DNA of 28,109 nucleotides from an uncultured Methanosarcinales archaeon (lineage in GTDB: Archaea > Nanobdellota > Nanobdellia > Woesearchaeales > GW2011-AR4): positions 1 through 28,109 of the forward strand of contig CAYHTH010000001.1 of the NCBI GenBank assembly GCA_964359525.1. Reading direction: 5' to 3'. Both the position numbers and the translations under genes were made by a program. Of this stretch, positions 15,608 to 25,265 are shown one piece after another (position 1 is the first letter of the stretch; the number at the start of each line of letters is the position of its first letter). The notes under the pieces were generated by a model. That model was not told where the DNA came from. It did not search any database and saw only the letters and a list, made by a program, of their open reading frames with translations.

Positions 15608-16392
15608 AAGCAGGAATAATTGGCTGCGGATTTATTGGAACAGAAGTTGCAGAATTCGTTGATAAAGACGATTCTTTTGATTTAGTTGGATTAAACGATG
15701 TTGACAAAAACAAAGTTGATGAATTGATAAAAAAATTAAATAAAAAGCCAGCGTTTATGGGCATTGACGGGTTAATAAAAAATTCAGATTTAATAATTGA
15801 ATCGGCAACCAAAAATGTAATTGAGTCGATATTAAAAAATGAAAATCTTGACAAAAAAGGCAAGAAGCTGCTGATAATGAGCACCGGTGGGCTGATTAAT
15901 AATCTGGATTTATTAAGCAAAATAAAAAATTGCGAAATATTGCTCCCTTCAGGGGCTATTGCCGGATTAGATGCTATTAAGTCTGTTTCAGGAAAAATAA
16001 AATCATTAAGTTTAACGACAACAAAGCCTGTAAGGGGATTAGAAGGCGCGCCTTATATTGTTAACAATAAAATTGATTTAAGTAAATTAAAAGACAAAAA
16101 AGTAATTTTTGAAGGGGATTTAAAGGAAGCTGTTGCCGGATTTCCGCAAAACATAAACGTGGCTGCAACATTATTTTTGGCATCAAAATTTGAAAATATC
16201 AAAGTAAAAATTGTTGCAGATTCTGATACAAAATTCAATACTCACGAAATAGAAGTCATCGGAGAGTTTGGAATTATAAAAACAACAACACAGAATCTTC
16301 CGAGCAAAAATCCAAAAACAAGTTATTTGGCCTTATTGAGCGCAATACAGACGATAAAAAATCTGAAAAATAACATAAAAGTGGGAAATTAA
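15604..16392 (+). CDS. nadX: L-aspartate dehydrogenase
   Basis: GIIGCGFIG Rossmann motif, LPSGAIAGLD, FPQNINVAA, NTHEI, NPKTSYLALLS; 4-nt overlap with nadC. Confidence 0.93.
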   Translation: MKAGIIGCGFIGTEVAEFVDKDDSFDLVGLNDVDKNKVDELIKKLNKKPAFMGIDGLIKNSDLIIESATKNVIESILKNENLDKKGKKLLIMSTGGLINNLDLLSKIKNCEILLPSGAIAGLDAIKSVSGKIKSLSLTTTKPVRGLEGAPYIVNNKIDLSKLKDKKVIFEGDLKEAVAGFPQNINVAATLFLASKFENIKVKIVADSDTKFNTHEIEVIGEFGIIKTTTQNLPSKNPKTSYLALLSAIQTIKNLKNNIKVGN

Positions 16393-16493
16393 CACGCCTT
16401 TTCATAACTTTTTTATATTATCGACTAAATTCTATAGGAAATTGCCAAAATAGCAGTATTAAAATTTAATGATTTAAAATATTGTAAAAGAAA

Positions 16494-18722
16494 ATGTATG
16501 AACTAATAATTACCGAAAAGCCAGCAGCTGCAAACAAGATAGCTGAAGCGCTGGCTGACGGGAAAGCAATAAAGGAAAATTATCAGGGAGTGCCTTATTA
16601 TAGATTAACTCACGGCAAAAAAGATATTGTTGTCGCATGTGCCGTCGGCCACCTTTATGGATTAGCTGAAAAAGTAAAGAAGGGTTGGGTATATCCTGTA
16701 TTTGATATTGAGTGGAAGCCGATTTCTGAGAATTCCAAAAGGGCTGCATTCACTAAAAAATACCTCAACGCAATTAAAAAACTTGCAAAAGATGCCAATG
16801 AGTTTACAGTTGCCACAGATTTTGACCAGGAAGGGGAAGTGATTGGTCTGAATATTGTGCGTTATCTCTGCAAAAGGAAAGACGCAAACCGCATGAAATT
16901 CTCAACATTGACAAAAGATGAATTAAGGGAAGCTTACAACAAGAAGGGAAATCATCTTGAATGGGGCCAGGCAGAATCAGGGGAGGCCCGGCACTTTTTG
17001 GATTTCTACAACGGAATTAATTATTCAAGGGCATTGACTGCAGCAATCAAAACAACAGGAACTTTCAAATTGATGTCAACTGGCAGAGTTCAGGGCCCTG
17101 CTCTAAAAATTATTGTAGACAGGGAACGCGAAATAAACGTTTTTGTCTCAAAGCCATTCTGGCAGATTGAACTTCTTGGAGAACATAACAAACAGGAGAT
17201 AATTGCATGGCACAAGGAAGACAAGTTCTGGGAAAAAACAAAAGCAGATTCTATAATTGAAAAGACAAAAAACCAGAAAGAAGCAAAAATAGGCAATCTG
17301 GACAAGAAGCAGTTCAACCAGATGCCGCCGTTTCCCTTTGACCTCACATCACTGCAAGTTGAAGGCTACCGCTGCCATGGAATTTCTCCAAAAGAAATTT
17401 TGGAAATTGGGCAGGAGCTTTACACTTCCGGATATATTTCATATCCAAGAACATCAAGCCAGCAATTGCCTCCTGCGATAGGTTACATGAAAGTTCTGAA
17501 TGACCTGAACAAACAAAAGCAATATTCTGATTTAGTTAAGAAATTACTAAAAAAATCATCGCTCAGGCCAAACAACGGGAAGAAAACAGACCCTGCGCAC
17601 CCTGCGATATACCCCACAGGAATTATTCCAGCAGAGCTTACCGAGAGGGAATCAAAAATATATGACCTGATTGTAAAAAGATTTATTGCAGCATTCGCAG
17701 AGAATGCAGTAAGGGAAACAGTGACTGCAGACATAAACTGCAGCAATGAAATTTTTATTGCAAAAGGAACAAGGACAATAGAGAAAGGCTGGCACGAATT
17801 TTACTCCCCTTATGTAAATCTTGAAGAGATTGAGCTTCCAAATATGAAAAAAGATGACAAAATTAAAGTCAACAAAATAGAGCTGATAAGCAAGGAAACC
17901 CAGCCTCCAAAAAGATATACTCCGGCGTCGATAATCAAAGATTTGGAAAAAAGGAATCTCGGAACAAAAGCCACAAGGTCGGAAATAGTGGATACATTGT
18001 TCCAGCGCGGGTACGTGCAGGGCAAAGCGATAGAAGCCACAAATCTTGGAATTTCAATGGTTGAAACTCTTGAAAAATACTGCCCTAAGATTCTGGATGA
18101 GGATTTAACAAGAAAGTTTGAGATTGAGATGGACAAGATAAGGGAAGGCAAGCAAAAAAAAGAGCAGCTTCTCGAAGATGCAAAAGACGCAATAACAAAA
18201 ATAACCGCAGAATTAAAAAAACACCAAAAAGAAATCGGAACTGATTTGCAAAAAGCAAATAAAGAAACACAGGATGAAATGTCTTTCCTCGGAATTTGCC
18301 CGTCGTGCAAGCAGGGAAATATCATGATGAGGCGCGGAAAATTTGGAGCTTTTGCAGCCTGCAATAAATATCCGGACTGCAAGACAATTTTCTCAATACC
18401 AAAAAATGCTTTGATAAAGCCTGCAAAAAAAGACTGCGAAACTTGTGGATTTCCAAAAGTGCTTGCAATAAAAAAAGCCCGCCAGCCGATGGAATTCTGC
18501 TTAAATCCAAAATGCCCGACAAAATTAGTGGAAGGCCAGGCAGGAGAGGATGCAAAAGCAATTGCAAGAGGCGAGGTAAAAAGAAAATGCCTAAAATGCA
18601 ATGAAGGCGATATTGTGTTGAGGAGTTCAATTTATGGAAAGTTTTACGCTTGTAACCGCTTTCCGAAATGTCGTTATACGGAAAAACTAGTAAATCATAA
18701 TGATAAAGAAAATAATGAATAG
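16494..18722 (+). CDS. topA: DNA topoisomerase IA with C-terminal zinc ribbons
   Basis: IITEKP and ATDFDQEGE TOPRIM motifs, GRVQGPAL, GYISYPRT active-site Tyr, GLGTKATR-like NLGTKATR, several CxxC ribbons. Confidence 0.97.
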   Translation: MYELIITEKPAAANKIAEALADGKAIKENYQGVPYYRLTHGKKDIVVACAVGHLYGLAEKVKKGWVYPVFDIEWKPISENSKRAAFTKKYLNAIKKLAKDANEFTVATDFDQEGEVIGLNIVRYLCKRKDANRMKFSTLTKDELREAYNKKGNHLEWGQAESGEARHFLDFYNGINYSRALTAAIKTTGTFKLMSTGRVQGPALKIIVDREREINVFVSKPFWQIELLGEHNKQEIIAWHKEDKFWEKTKADSIIEKTKNQKEAKIGNLDKKQFNQMPPFPFDLTSLQVEGYRCHGISPKEILEIGQELYTSGYISYPRTSSQQLPPAIGYMKVLNDLNKQKQYSDLVKKLLKKSSLRPNNGKKTDPAHPAIYPTGIIPAELTERESKIYDLIVKRFIAAFAENAVRETVTADINCSNEIFIAKGTRTIEKGWHEFYSPYVNLEEIELPNMKKDDKIKVNKIELISKETQPPKRYTPASIIKDLEKRNLGTKATRSEIVDTLFQRGYVQGKAIEATNLGISMVETLEKYCPKILDEDLTRKFEIEMDKIREGKQKKEQLLEDAKDAITKITAELKKHQKEIGTDLQKANKETQDEMSFLGICPSCKQGNIMMRRGKFGAFAACNKYPDCKTIFSIPKNALIKPAKKDCETCGFPKVLAIKKARQPMEFCLNPKCPTKLVEGQAGEDAKAIARGEVKRKCLKCNEGDIVLRSSIYGKFYACNRFPKCRYTEKLVNHNDKENNE

Positions 18723-18767
18723 TTCCCAATACAAAACTTCTTAAATCTCCAATAATTTCCTTCTATT

Positions 18768-20537
18768 ATGAAAAAAATAATTATTTTGCTTTTAATATTA
18801 AATTTAATTCTTCTTCCAAGTATTTTTGCCAATCAGGGCCACATGAAACTATTGGCAGTAAAGGAAACAGAAAGCGGCTTTGAAGGCGGGATTGCAGATT
18901 TATATTTGGAAATAACGCCAGGCTCCGGCAGGGTTTTTCTTGAAACATTTCCCTTGACAAAAACAGACACCCAGATGTCAACAAGGTTTGCCAAGGCAAT
19001 GGCATGCGATTTAACTGACGAAGACTGCAATAATTATGATTTTTTCTATACTATAACTGCTGATTCCTCAATCATTGCAGGCCCCAGCGCAGGCGCTTCC
19101 ATTGCTGTATTAACAGTCGCTATGCTGGAAAATTTTAATTTGAATGAAAATTACGCTATAACCGGCACCATAAATTCCGGAGGACTGGTAGGGCCTGTCG
19201 GCGGACTAAAAGCAAAAGTTGAAGGGGCAAAGAGAGCTGGCCTGAAAAAAGTTTTCATACCTGCAGGGGAGATAATTGTAAAAGTTGACAACGAAACTGT
19301 TGATTTGAAAAATTTGTCAAAAACACTTGAGATAGATATTATAGAAATATCAACATTGGACGAAGCGGTGAAGGAATTTACCGGGCATGAATTAACAAAA
19401 AAATTCAAAAATATAGAAATAGACGAGCAATACAAGAATACAATGAAATCTCTGGCAAAATCACTATGCGACCGAAGCAACCAGCTCAAATCAAATGCGT
19501 CAAAAATAAATTACCCAAACGCATCTGTACTTAGGGAAGATGCAAACAATTTGACTTTAAAGGGAAAAGACGCTTTTGAGAAACAAACTTTTTATTCTTC
19601 GGCAAGCTATTGCTTTGGAGCAAATGTTGAGTATTCAACATTATTGCTCTTATCAAAAAATTTGTCAAAAAGCCAATCAGTTAATGAAGCCAACAGATTA
19701 AAAAAAGAAATAAACGAGTTTAGAAACAGAATTGACAGCACAAAAAGAAAAACAATAACAGACTTGGAAGCGTATATTGTAGTCAAGGAAAGGCTTTCAG
19801 AAGCAGAAGATTCTGCCAATGAAGCGCTGGACATATTAAATAAAACCGACAGAACAGAAATTGCTGCAAGGGATTTGGCGTATTCTTCTGAAAGAATAAA
19901 ATCAGCTGATTCGTGGTCGCAGTTCCTAGGAAAAAGCGGGAAAGAGTTTAATCTCGATAAAGATGTTCTCAAAAAATCCTGCCAGGCCAAAATCAGCGAA
20001 GCAGACGAGCGCGCACAGTATGTTGAATTGTATTTCCCTGGGACAATGGGCAATGTAATGAAAGAAATAGATAATGCAAACTCCAATCTGGAAAATGGGG
20101 ATTTTGAGCTTTGCCTTGCGACAGCAAGCAGAGCCAAGGCAGATGTCGACGTTATTTTGAGCGTTTTCGGAGTTGACAGCGAGCAGTATAAAAATATAGT
20201 TGACAGGAAACTGGACATCGTCAAGAACAACATTGCTGAAGAAACTACAAAAGGAGTTTTCCCGATATTAAGCTACAGCTACTATGAATATGCAAATTCA
20301 TTAAAGGATAAGGATGTTTTTTCAGCTCTTATCTACTCGGAATATGCGCTTGAGCTTGGGGATTTGGATATTTATTTCAAAGAAAATTCTCCTGCAAAAA
20401 AAACAATCCATATTGACAATCAGATGCTTGGCATTTTTCTGGCTGGCGCTGTCATAGGCGCAATAGCAGTTTTACTAATCAAAAATCCAAGAAACAAAAA
20501 TTTAAGAAAAAGTAAAATCAAATTAAGGAAAAAATAA
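18768..20537 (+). CDS. Secreted, membrane-anchored archaeal serine protease with Lon (S16) proteolytic domain and no AAA+ module
   Basis: N-terminal signal peptide, GPSAG Ser, ITGTINSGG.VGPVGGLKAK Lys, C-terminal hydrophobic helix followed by a basic tail. Confidence 0.88.
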   Translation: MKKIIILLLILNLILLPSIFANQGHMKLLAVKETESGFEGGIADLYLEITPGSGRVFLETFPLTKTDTQMSTRFAKAMACDLTDEDCNNYDFFYTITADSSIIAGPSAGASIAVLTVAMLENFNLNENYAITGTINSGGLVGPVGGLKAKVEGAKRAGLKKVFIPAGEIIVKVDNETVDLKNLSKTLEIDIIEISTLDEAVKEFTGHELTKKFKNIEIDEQYKNTMKSLAKSLCDRSNQLKSNASKINYPNASVLREDANNLTLKGKDAFEKQTFYSSASYCFGANVEYSTLLLLSKNLSKSQSVNEANRLKKEINEFRNRIDSTKRKTITDLEAYIVVKERLSEAEDSANEALDILNKTDRTEIAARDLAYSSERIKSADSWSQFLGKSGKEFNLDKDVLKKSCQAKISEADERAQYVELYFPGTMGNVMKEIDNANSNLENGDFELCLATASRAKADVDVILSVFGVDSEQYKNIVDRKLDIVKNNIAEETTKGVFPILSYSYYEYANSLKDKDVFSALIYSEYALELGDLDIYFKENSPAKKTIHIDNQMLGIFLAGAVIGAIAVLLIKNPRNKNLRKSKIKLRKK

Positions 20538-20646
20538 CGCCAACGTGGCATACAGCATAGAAAAGAATAAGCCAGCTGCTAAAAAAGAAAATAAGGATAA
20601 TAAACCCAAGCAGAACAAATTGCTTTGCTCTGCCGGGAAAAAAGAG

Positions 20647-20712
20647 GTGATAGATTATCACTCTGTTACAAGTGATATTATCACTATGAGATAGGTTATA
20701 TTTATTATCACT
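20647..20712. promoter_or_regulatory. Cluster of ATTATCACT repeats and GTGATA/TATCAC palindromes upstream of the PLD gene
   Basis: ATTATCACT at 20654, 20677 and 20704; GTGATA-GAT-TATCAC 20647-20661; AGTGATA-T-TATCACT 20671-20685. Confidence 0.5.
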
Positions 20713-20717
20713 GCAAA

Positions 20718-21707
20718 ATGAAGAAGCTCCTATTTAAACTTTTCCATCAGGTTATAATTTTTTCGTCACTCTTCGTGGTAACTTTTTTGATTATTTCCTG
20801 CACTTCAAAAATCAGCAGCGCTGTGCCGCATGAAAATGCAAGCGCTCCGGAAGTTTATTTCTGCCCGAAAGAGGACTGCGGCAAAGTGCTGGAAAGAAAC
20901 ATAGCATCAGCAAACAGCTCGGTGCACTGCGCGTTTTACGATATAGATCTCCAAAATATAATAAATGCCCTTGCAGCCAAAAGCAAGTCGGTGGATGTAA
21001 AAGTAGTAATTGACAGCTCAAACCAGCACGGCCAGATAAAAGGAAATGCCTTGCGGGAAGACAACAATAACCAGCTGATGCACAACAAATTCTGCTCCAT
21101 CGACGGAAAGATAGTAACAACAGGCTCGTTTAATCCGACTTTCAATGACAACAGCAGGAACAGCAATAACCTTGTTGTAATTTACTCAAAAAATCTGGCA
21201 GGAAATTATAACGAGGAATTTAATGAGCTCTGGAATAGGAGGTTTGGCAAAGGGGAAAAAGTAAAAAATCCGGTGGTTTATGTAAATGGAATAGAAATGC
21301 AAAATTATTTCTGCCCGGAAGACGGGTGCGCTTCGCGCATAGTCAGCGAGATAAAAAGCGCCCGCAAGAGCGTTTATTTCATGACGTTTACATTCACCAA
21401 TAAAGATATTGCCGGTGCGCTGATAAGCAAAAAAGGGATTGACATTAAAGGTATTTTTGACGCGGGCCAGTCGGGAAGCAATTTCTCGCAGTTTGAAAAG
21501 CTCAGCGGATTGGGCATGAGCGTAAAGAAAGATACAAATAAGTACAAGATGCACCATAAAGTATTCATTATAGACAATGAAACTGTAGTTACCGGCAGTT
21601 TTAATCCAACTTCAAGCGCTGAAAACAAAAATGATGAAAATTTATTTATAATCCACGATAAGAAAATCGCAGATGCCTTTCTAAAGGAATTTGACAATTT
21701 ATGGTAG
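20718..21707 (+). CDS. Phospholipase D-superfamily (Nuc-like) protein, probably secreted or lipid-anchored
   Basis: Two HKD motifs (MHNKFCSIDG, MHHKVFIIDN), each followed by TGSFNPT; duplicated FCP.(D/E) halves; hydrophobic N-terminus ending IISC. Confidence 0.9.
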   Translation: MKKLLFKLFHQVIIFSSLFVVTFLIISCTSKISSAVPHENASAPEVYFCPKEDCGKVLERNIASANSSVHCAFYDIDLQNIINALAAKSKSVDVKVVIDSSNQHGQIKGNALREDNNNQLMHNKFCSIDGKIVTTGSFNPTFNDNSRNSNNLVVIYSKNLAGNYNEEFNELWNRRFGKGEKVKNPVVYVNGIEMQNYFCPEDGCASRIVSEIKSARKSVYFMTFTFTNKDIAGALISKKGIDIKGIFDAGQSGSNFSQFEKLSGLGMSVKKDTNKYKMHHKVFIIDNETVVTGSFNPTSSAENKNDENLFIIHDKKIADAFLKEFDNLW

Positions 21708-21765
21708 TAACAAATCAACAAATAAATGGAAAGTTTCTTAAATACTTAAAAAAAACTAAGAAAAA

Positions 21766-24700
21766 ATGAAAAAAATTTTAATTTTTAGTTTGATATTCTT
21801 GTTGTTAATATTTAGTGCATCGGGAACTAAATCACCAGAGTATGTGTCTGGAGAAGTTATTATAAAATTAAAATATAGTCCGGATAAAATAATTCTTAAT
21901 TCTGCAGGTGTTGTAGAAACTGGAGTTAGTTCAATCGATGTCTTAAATTCAAAGTATAAAGTTACTAAGATGGAGAAAGTACTTGAAAGGCATGAAAAGA
22001 ATAAAAATGCATTAAATTCCTTTAAAAAACATGGCTTGGATAGGATTTTTCTCTTAAAAATGCCTAAAAATGCAGATGTAAATAAAGCAATCAGAGACTT
22101 TAACAACAATCCAAACGTAGAGTATGCTGAACCTAATTACATAGTTCAAACTGCTTTGATGCCAAATGACCCGGATTTTTCTAAATTATATGGCTTGCAT
22201 AATACTGGCCAAACAGGGGGCACTGCAGACGCTGATATAGATGCTCCTGAGGCATGGGACTTGCAAACAGGCAGCAATAATGTTGTGATAGCAGTAATTG
22301 ACACAGGCGTTGATTACACGCATGAAGACCTTTCTGCAAACATATGGACAAATCCAAAGGAAGTACCTAATAATGGTATAGACGACGATGCTAATGGATT
22401 TATAGATGATGTAAGAGGCTGGGATTTTTACAATAACGATAATGATCCATTTGACGACCATGGGCATGGCACTCATGTTTCTGGGACAATTGGTGGTGTT
22501 GGCAATAATGGAATCGGCGTAGCAGGAGTTAATTGGAATGTTAAAATAATGCCACTTAAATTTCTTGGTGCAAGCGGTTCTGGAACAACAGCTGGCGCTA
22601 TAAGCTCAGTGCAATATGCAACTCTTATGGGCGTGCATGTAATGAGCAACAGCTGGGGAGGAGGCGGATTTTCTCAGGCGTTGAAAGATGTAATCTCAGC
22701 TGCAAATGATGCTGGCATATTATTTGTTGCAGCTGCTGGCAATAGTAATTCCAACAACGACGTTACTCCGCATTATCCGTCAAGCTATGATGTACCTAAT
22801 GTAGTTGCAGTTGCAGCAACAGACCATAACGACTTGAGGGCAAGTTTCTCAAATTACGGTGCTAGCTCTGTACATCTTGGCGCACCAGGAGTTAATACCT
22901 ATTCAACTGTGCCAACAGGCGCGTGCTCGCTTTGCAGTCTTTCTGGCTATTTATCCTTAAGCGGAACTTCAATGGCAACTCCGCATGTTTCAGGAGTTGC
23001 TGGACTAATTAAATCTCAATTTCCATCATTAACAAGCGATGGAATAAAAGCAAGATTATTGGGAGGGGTAGATTTAATATCATCAATGGATGGAATAACA
23101 GTAACTGGCGGAAGACTAAATGTAATTAATGCCCTAGAGACAGACACAACACCGCCTTCAGCTGTTACAGATCTTAAAGCAACAAATGCAGGCTCTAATT
23201 CTGTTACCTTAACATGGACAGCAACTGGTGACGATGGCAATGTTGGAACAGCAAATTCGTATGATGTAAGATATTCAACTTCACCAATAACGGATGCAAA
23301 CTGGGGTAATGCAGCTAAAGCAACTAACGAACCAAAACCACAAGCTTCTGGCAATATGGAAACATTTAAAGTAACAGGCTTAGCTTCTAATACAACTTAT
23401 TACTTTGCATTAAAAGTGATTGATAATGCTGGCAATCCATCTGCATTGTCAAATGTAGTTTCTGGAACTACAACACTCCAAATTCTAATAACAGTATTCA
23501 AAGATAATATGGAAAATGGGTTAAATGGGTGGCTAAGCACTAGCTTGTGGCATCAGGAAACTAAGAGATATAATAGTCCTGTTACAAGCTGGGCATATAA
23601 TACAGGCGCGCCAAATTACAATTATGACATAGGTACAAATAGTGGAGCTTTAACATCACCAATCCTTGATCTTTCAGCCTACAATTCTGCCATTTTGACA
23701 TTCAAGTATTTATATCAAACAGAAGAATCAGGAATTTCATGGGACCAAAGATGGGTTCAGGTAGGTGTTAATGGTGTTTTCACTAATGTAAAACAATTAT
23801 CTAATGATGTGATGCTTGTGTGGAACAATTATAGCTTGGATTTAGCTTCATATGCTGGAAAGCCAAATGTGCAAGTAAGATTCTTTTTTAATACTGCTGA
23901 TGGAGTCTATAATAACTATGAGGGATGGTATATTGACGATGTAACTATTTTAGGAGAATTAGTAGGAAAACCAAATAATGCACCTGTAGCAAATGCAAAT
24001 GGTCCATATGTTGAAATAGAAGATATATCATTAACTTTTGACGGTTCAGGCTCTTTTGATGCAGATGGCGATGCATTAACTTATAGTTGGGATTTTGGTG
24101 ATGGTTCAACAGGCATTGGTATAAATCCCAGTCACGCTTATAAAGCTGGTGGAACTTATACAGTTACTTTGATTGTGAATGACGGCAAAATTGATTCAGT
24201 GCCAAGTATTACAACTGCTACAATAACAGAAGTAAATGACGCTCCAGTTGCAAATGCAGGGCCTGATAAAACAGCTTTTGTTAATGGAATAATTACGTTT
24301 AATGGTAGTGGTTCTTACGATATTGATGGTAACATAAATTCATATGACTGGGATTTTGGTGATGGGGCAACTGGAACAGGTGTAACAACAACCCACGCTT
24401 ATTCATCTTCTGGAAATTATATAGCCACATTAACAGTTACTGATAATGCTGGAGCAACAGGCTCGGACACATTACTAGTAATAGTTACAGAGCAAACTAT
24501 GAAAGTTACAATAACAAAACACACTGTAAAACCTAGATGGGATAAAAATCTAAAGCTAGGGCATGTTGAAGTTCAGATTTCTTTTTTAGTTGACAATGGA
24601 AACTCAAACAAGATAGTGCTCAAAGAGGTTACTGACGAGCTAGGAACTTGGAGTTTAGAAAATTCTCAAGTTATAGTAACAATTAATGGCGTAAGGCGTG

Positions 24701-24900
24701 TATTGAGTCTAAGTATGGATGCAAATGGCGATGCAATAATAGATTTTGGAGCTAATGGAATAACTTTGAAGCAAGGCGACACAGTTGATATTACAAAATT
24801 GAAACTCATCAACAACCAAATAGGAAGCCATTCGTTAAAAGCGCAAATATTGGCAAATGGTATACTATTAGCATTTAATACAATGAATTTTAGCATTTAA
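21766..24900 (+). CDS. Multidomain secreted subtilisin-like (S8) protease: prodomain, S8, FN3, beta-sandwich, two PKD domains, C-terminal domain
   Basis: VIDTG (Asp), HGHGTHVSG (His), GTSMATPHV (Ser); signal peptide; SVTLTWTA...YYFALK FN3; two SWDFGDG/DWDFGDG PKD repeats. Confidence 0.95.
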   Translation: MKKILIFSLIFLLLIFSASGTKSPEYVSGEVIIKLKYSPDKIILNSAGVVETGVSSIDVLNSKYKVTKMEKVLERHEKNKNALNSFKKHGLDRIFLLKMPKNADVNKAIRDFNNNPNVEYAEPNYIVQTALMPNDPDFSKLYGLHNTGQTGGTADADIDAPEAWDLQTGSNNVVIAVIDTGVDYTHEDLSANIWTNPKEVPNNGIDDDANGFIDDVRGWDFYNNDNDPFDDHGHGTHVSGTIGGVGNNGIGVAGVNWNVKIMPLKFLGASGSGTTAGAISSVQYATLMGVHVMSNSWGGGGFSQALKDVISAANDAGILFVAAAGNSNSNNDVTPHYPSSYDVPNVVAVAATDHNDLRASFSNYGASSVHLGAPGVNTYSTVPTGACSLCSLSGYLSLSGTSMATPHVSGVAGLIKSQFPSLTSDGIKARLLGGVDLISSMDGITVTGGRLNVINALETDTTPPSAVTDLKATNAGSNSVTLTWTATGDDGNVGTANSYDVRYSTSPITDANWGNAAKATNEPKPQASGNMETFKVTGLASNTTYYFALKVIDNAGNPSALSNVVSGTTTLQILITVFKDNMENGLNGWLSTSLWHQETKRYNSPVTSWAYNTGAPNYNYDIGTNSGALTSPILDLSAYNSAILTFKYLYQTEESGISWDQRWVQVGVNGVFTNVKQLSNDVMLVWNNYSLDLASYAGKPNVQVRFFFNTADGVYNNYEGWYIDDVTILGELVGKPNNAPVANANGPYVEIEDISLTFDGSGSFDADGDALTYSWDFGDGSTGIGINPSHAYKAGGTYTVTLIVNDGKIDSVPSITTATITEVNDAPVANAGPDKTAFVNGIITFNGSGSYDIDGNINSYDWDFGDGATGTGVTTTHAYSSSGNYIATLTVTDNAGATGSDTLLVIVTEQTMKVTITKHTVKPRWDKNLKLGHVEVQISFLVDNGNSNKIVLKEVTDELGTWSLENSQVIVTINGVRRVLSLSMDANGDAIIDFGANGITLKQGDTVDITKLKLINNQIGSHSLKAQILANGILLAFNTMNFSI

Positions 24901-24986
24901 AATAATATTTTTTATTTTTAATCAAGTTCTAAGTGATAATCAAAAATTATTTAAAGGAGTTTATCATAATCTGAGTTTGATTTAAA

Positions 24987-25139
24987 ATGGAAGAGCAAAA
25001 AGAAGAGCCTGACGAGTATAACGACAAGGTAAAAGACGAAGACAAGGATGACTTGGAAGACAAAGACGAGGATGAAGACTACAAGGATGATGACAAGGAC
25101 AAAGACGAGGATGAAGAAGACGAGGGCGATGAGGAATAG
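24987..25139 (+). CDS. Small, extremely acidic protein (50 aa; absent from the ORF track)
   Basis: Hand translation MEEQKEEPDEYNDKVKDEDKDDLEDKDEDEDYKDDDKDKDEDEEDEGDEE*; ATG 24987, TAG 25137-25139; TATA-like TTATTTAAA at 24947-24955. Confidence 0.7.
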   Translation: MEEQKEEPDEYNDKVKDEDKDDLEDKDEDEDYKDDDKDKDEDEEDEGDEE

Positions 25140-25226
25140 AGAATTTTGAAAAATTATCAAATTGTCAAAATTCTCTAAGAGAACTTTGAATGAAATTTAA
25201 AAAATAATGAATAATTCAAAGTTCTC
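25136..25226. repeat. Tandem-hairpin element, copy after the acidic ORF
   Basis: TAGAGAATTTTGA 25137-25149 / TCAAAATTCTCTA 25165-25177 (13 bp, 15-nt loop); GAGAACTTTGAAT 25179-25191 / ATTCAAAGTTCTC 25214-25226 (13 bp, 22-nt loop); starts with ATAG. Confidence 0.85.
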
Positions 25227-25265
25227 AATAAGCAATTAATTTCAAATTTTTTCTAAATGGCATAA

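Noticed and set aside
17810-18601. 263-aa antisense ORF, and the other antisense or alternate-frame ORFs inside ppsA, topA, nadC, the proteases and the PLD gene
   Set aside because: Fully nested in well-supported genes, with no recognisable motifs.
20538-20690. Possible short ORFs on either strand between the Lon-like and PLD genes
   Set aside because: Open stretches of ~40-55 codons lack a convincing start codon and show no recognisable motif.
25077-25097. DYKDDDK, one Asp short of the FLAG epitope DYKDDDDK
   Set aside because: It lies inside a natural D/E/K low-complexity ORF with no vector or linker context; coincidence is the simplest explanation.
24951-25160. 69-aa hydrophobic ORF on the minus strand in the track
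   Set aside because: Antisense shadow of the D/E/K codons of the plus-strand acidic ORF, which has the better start and promoter context.
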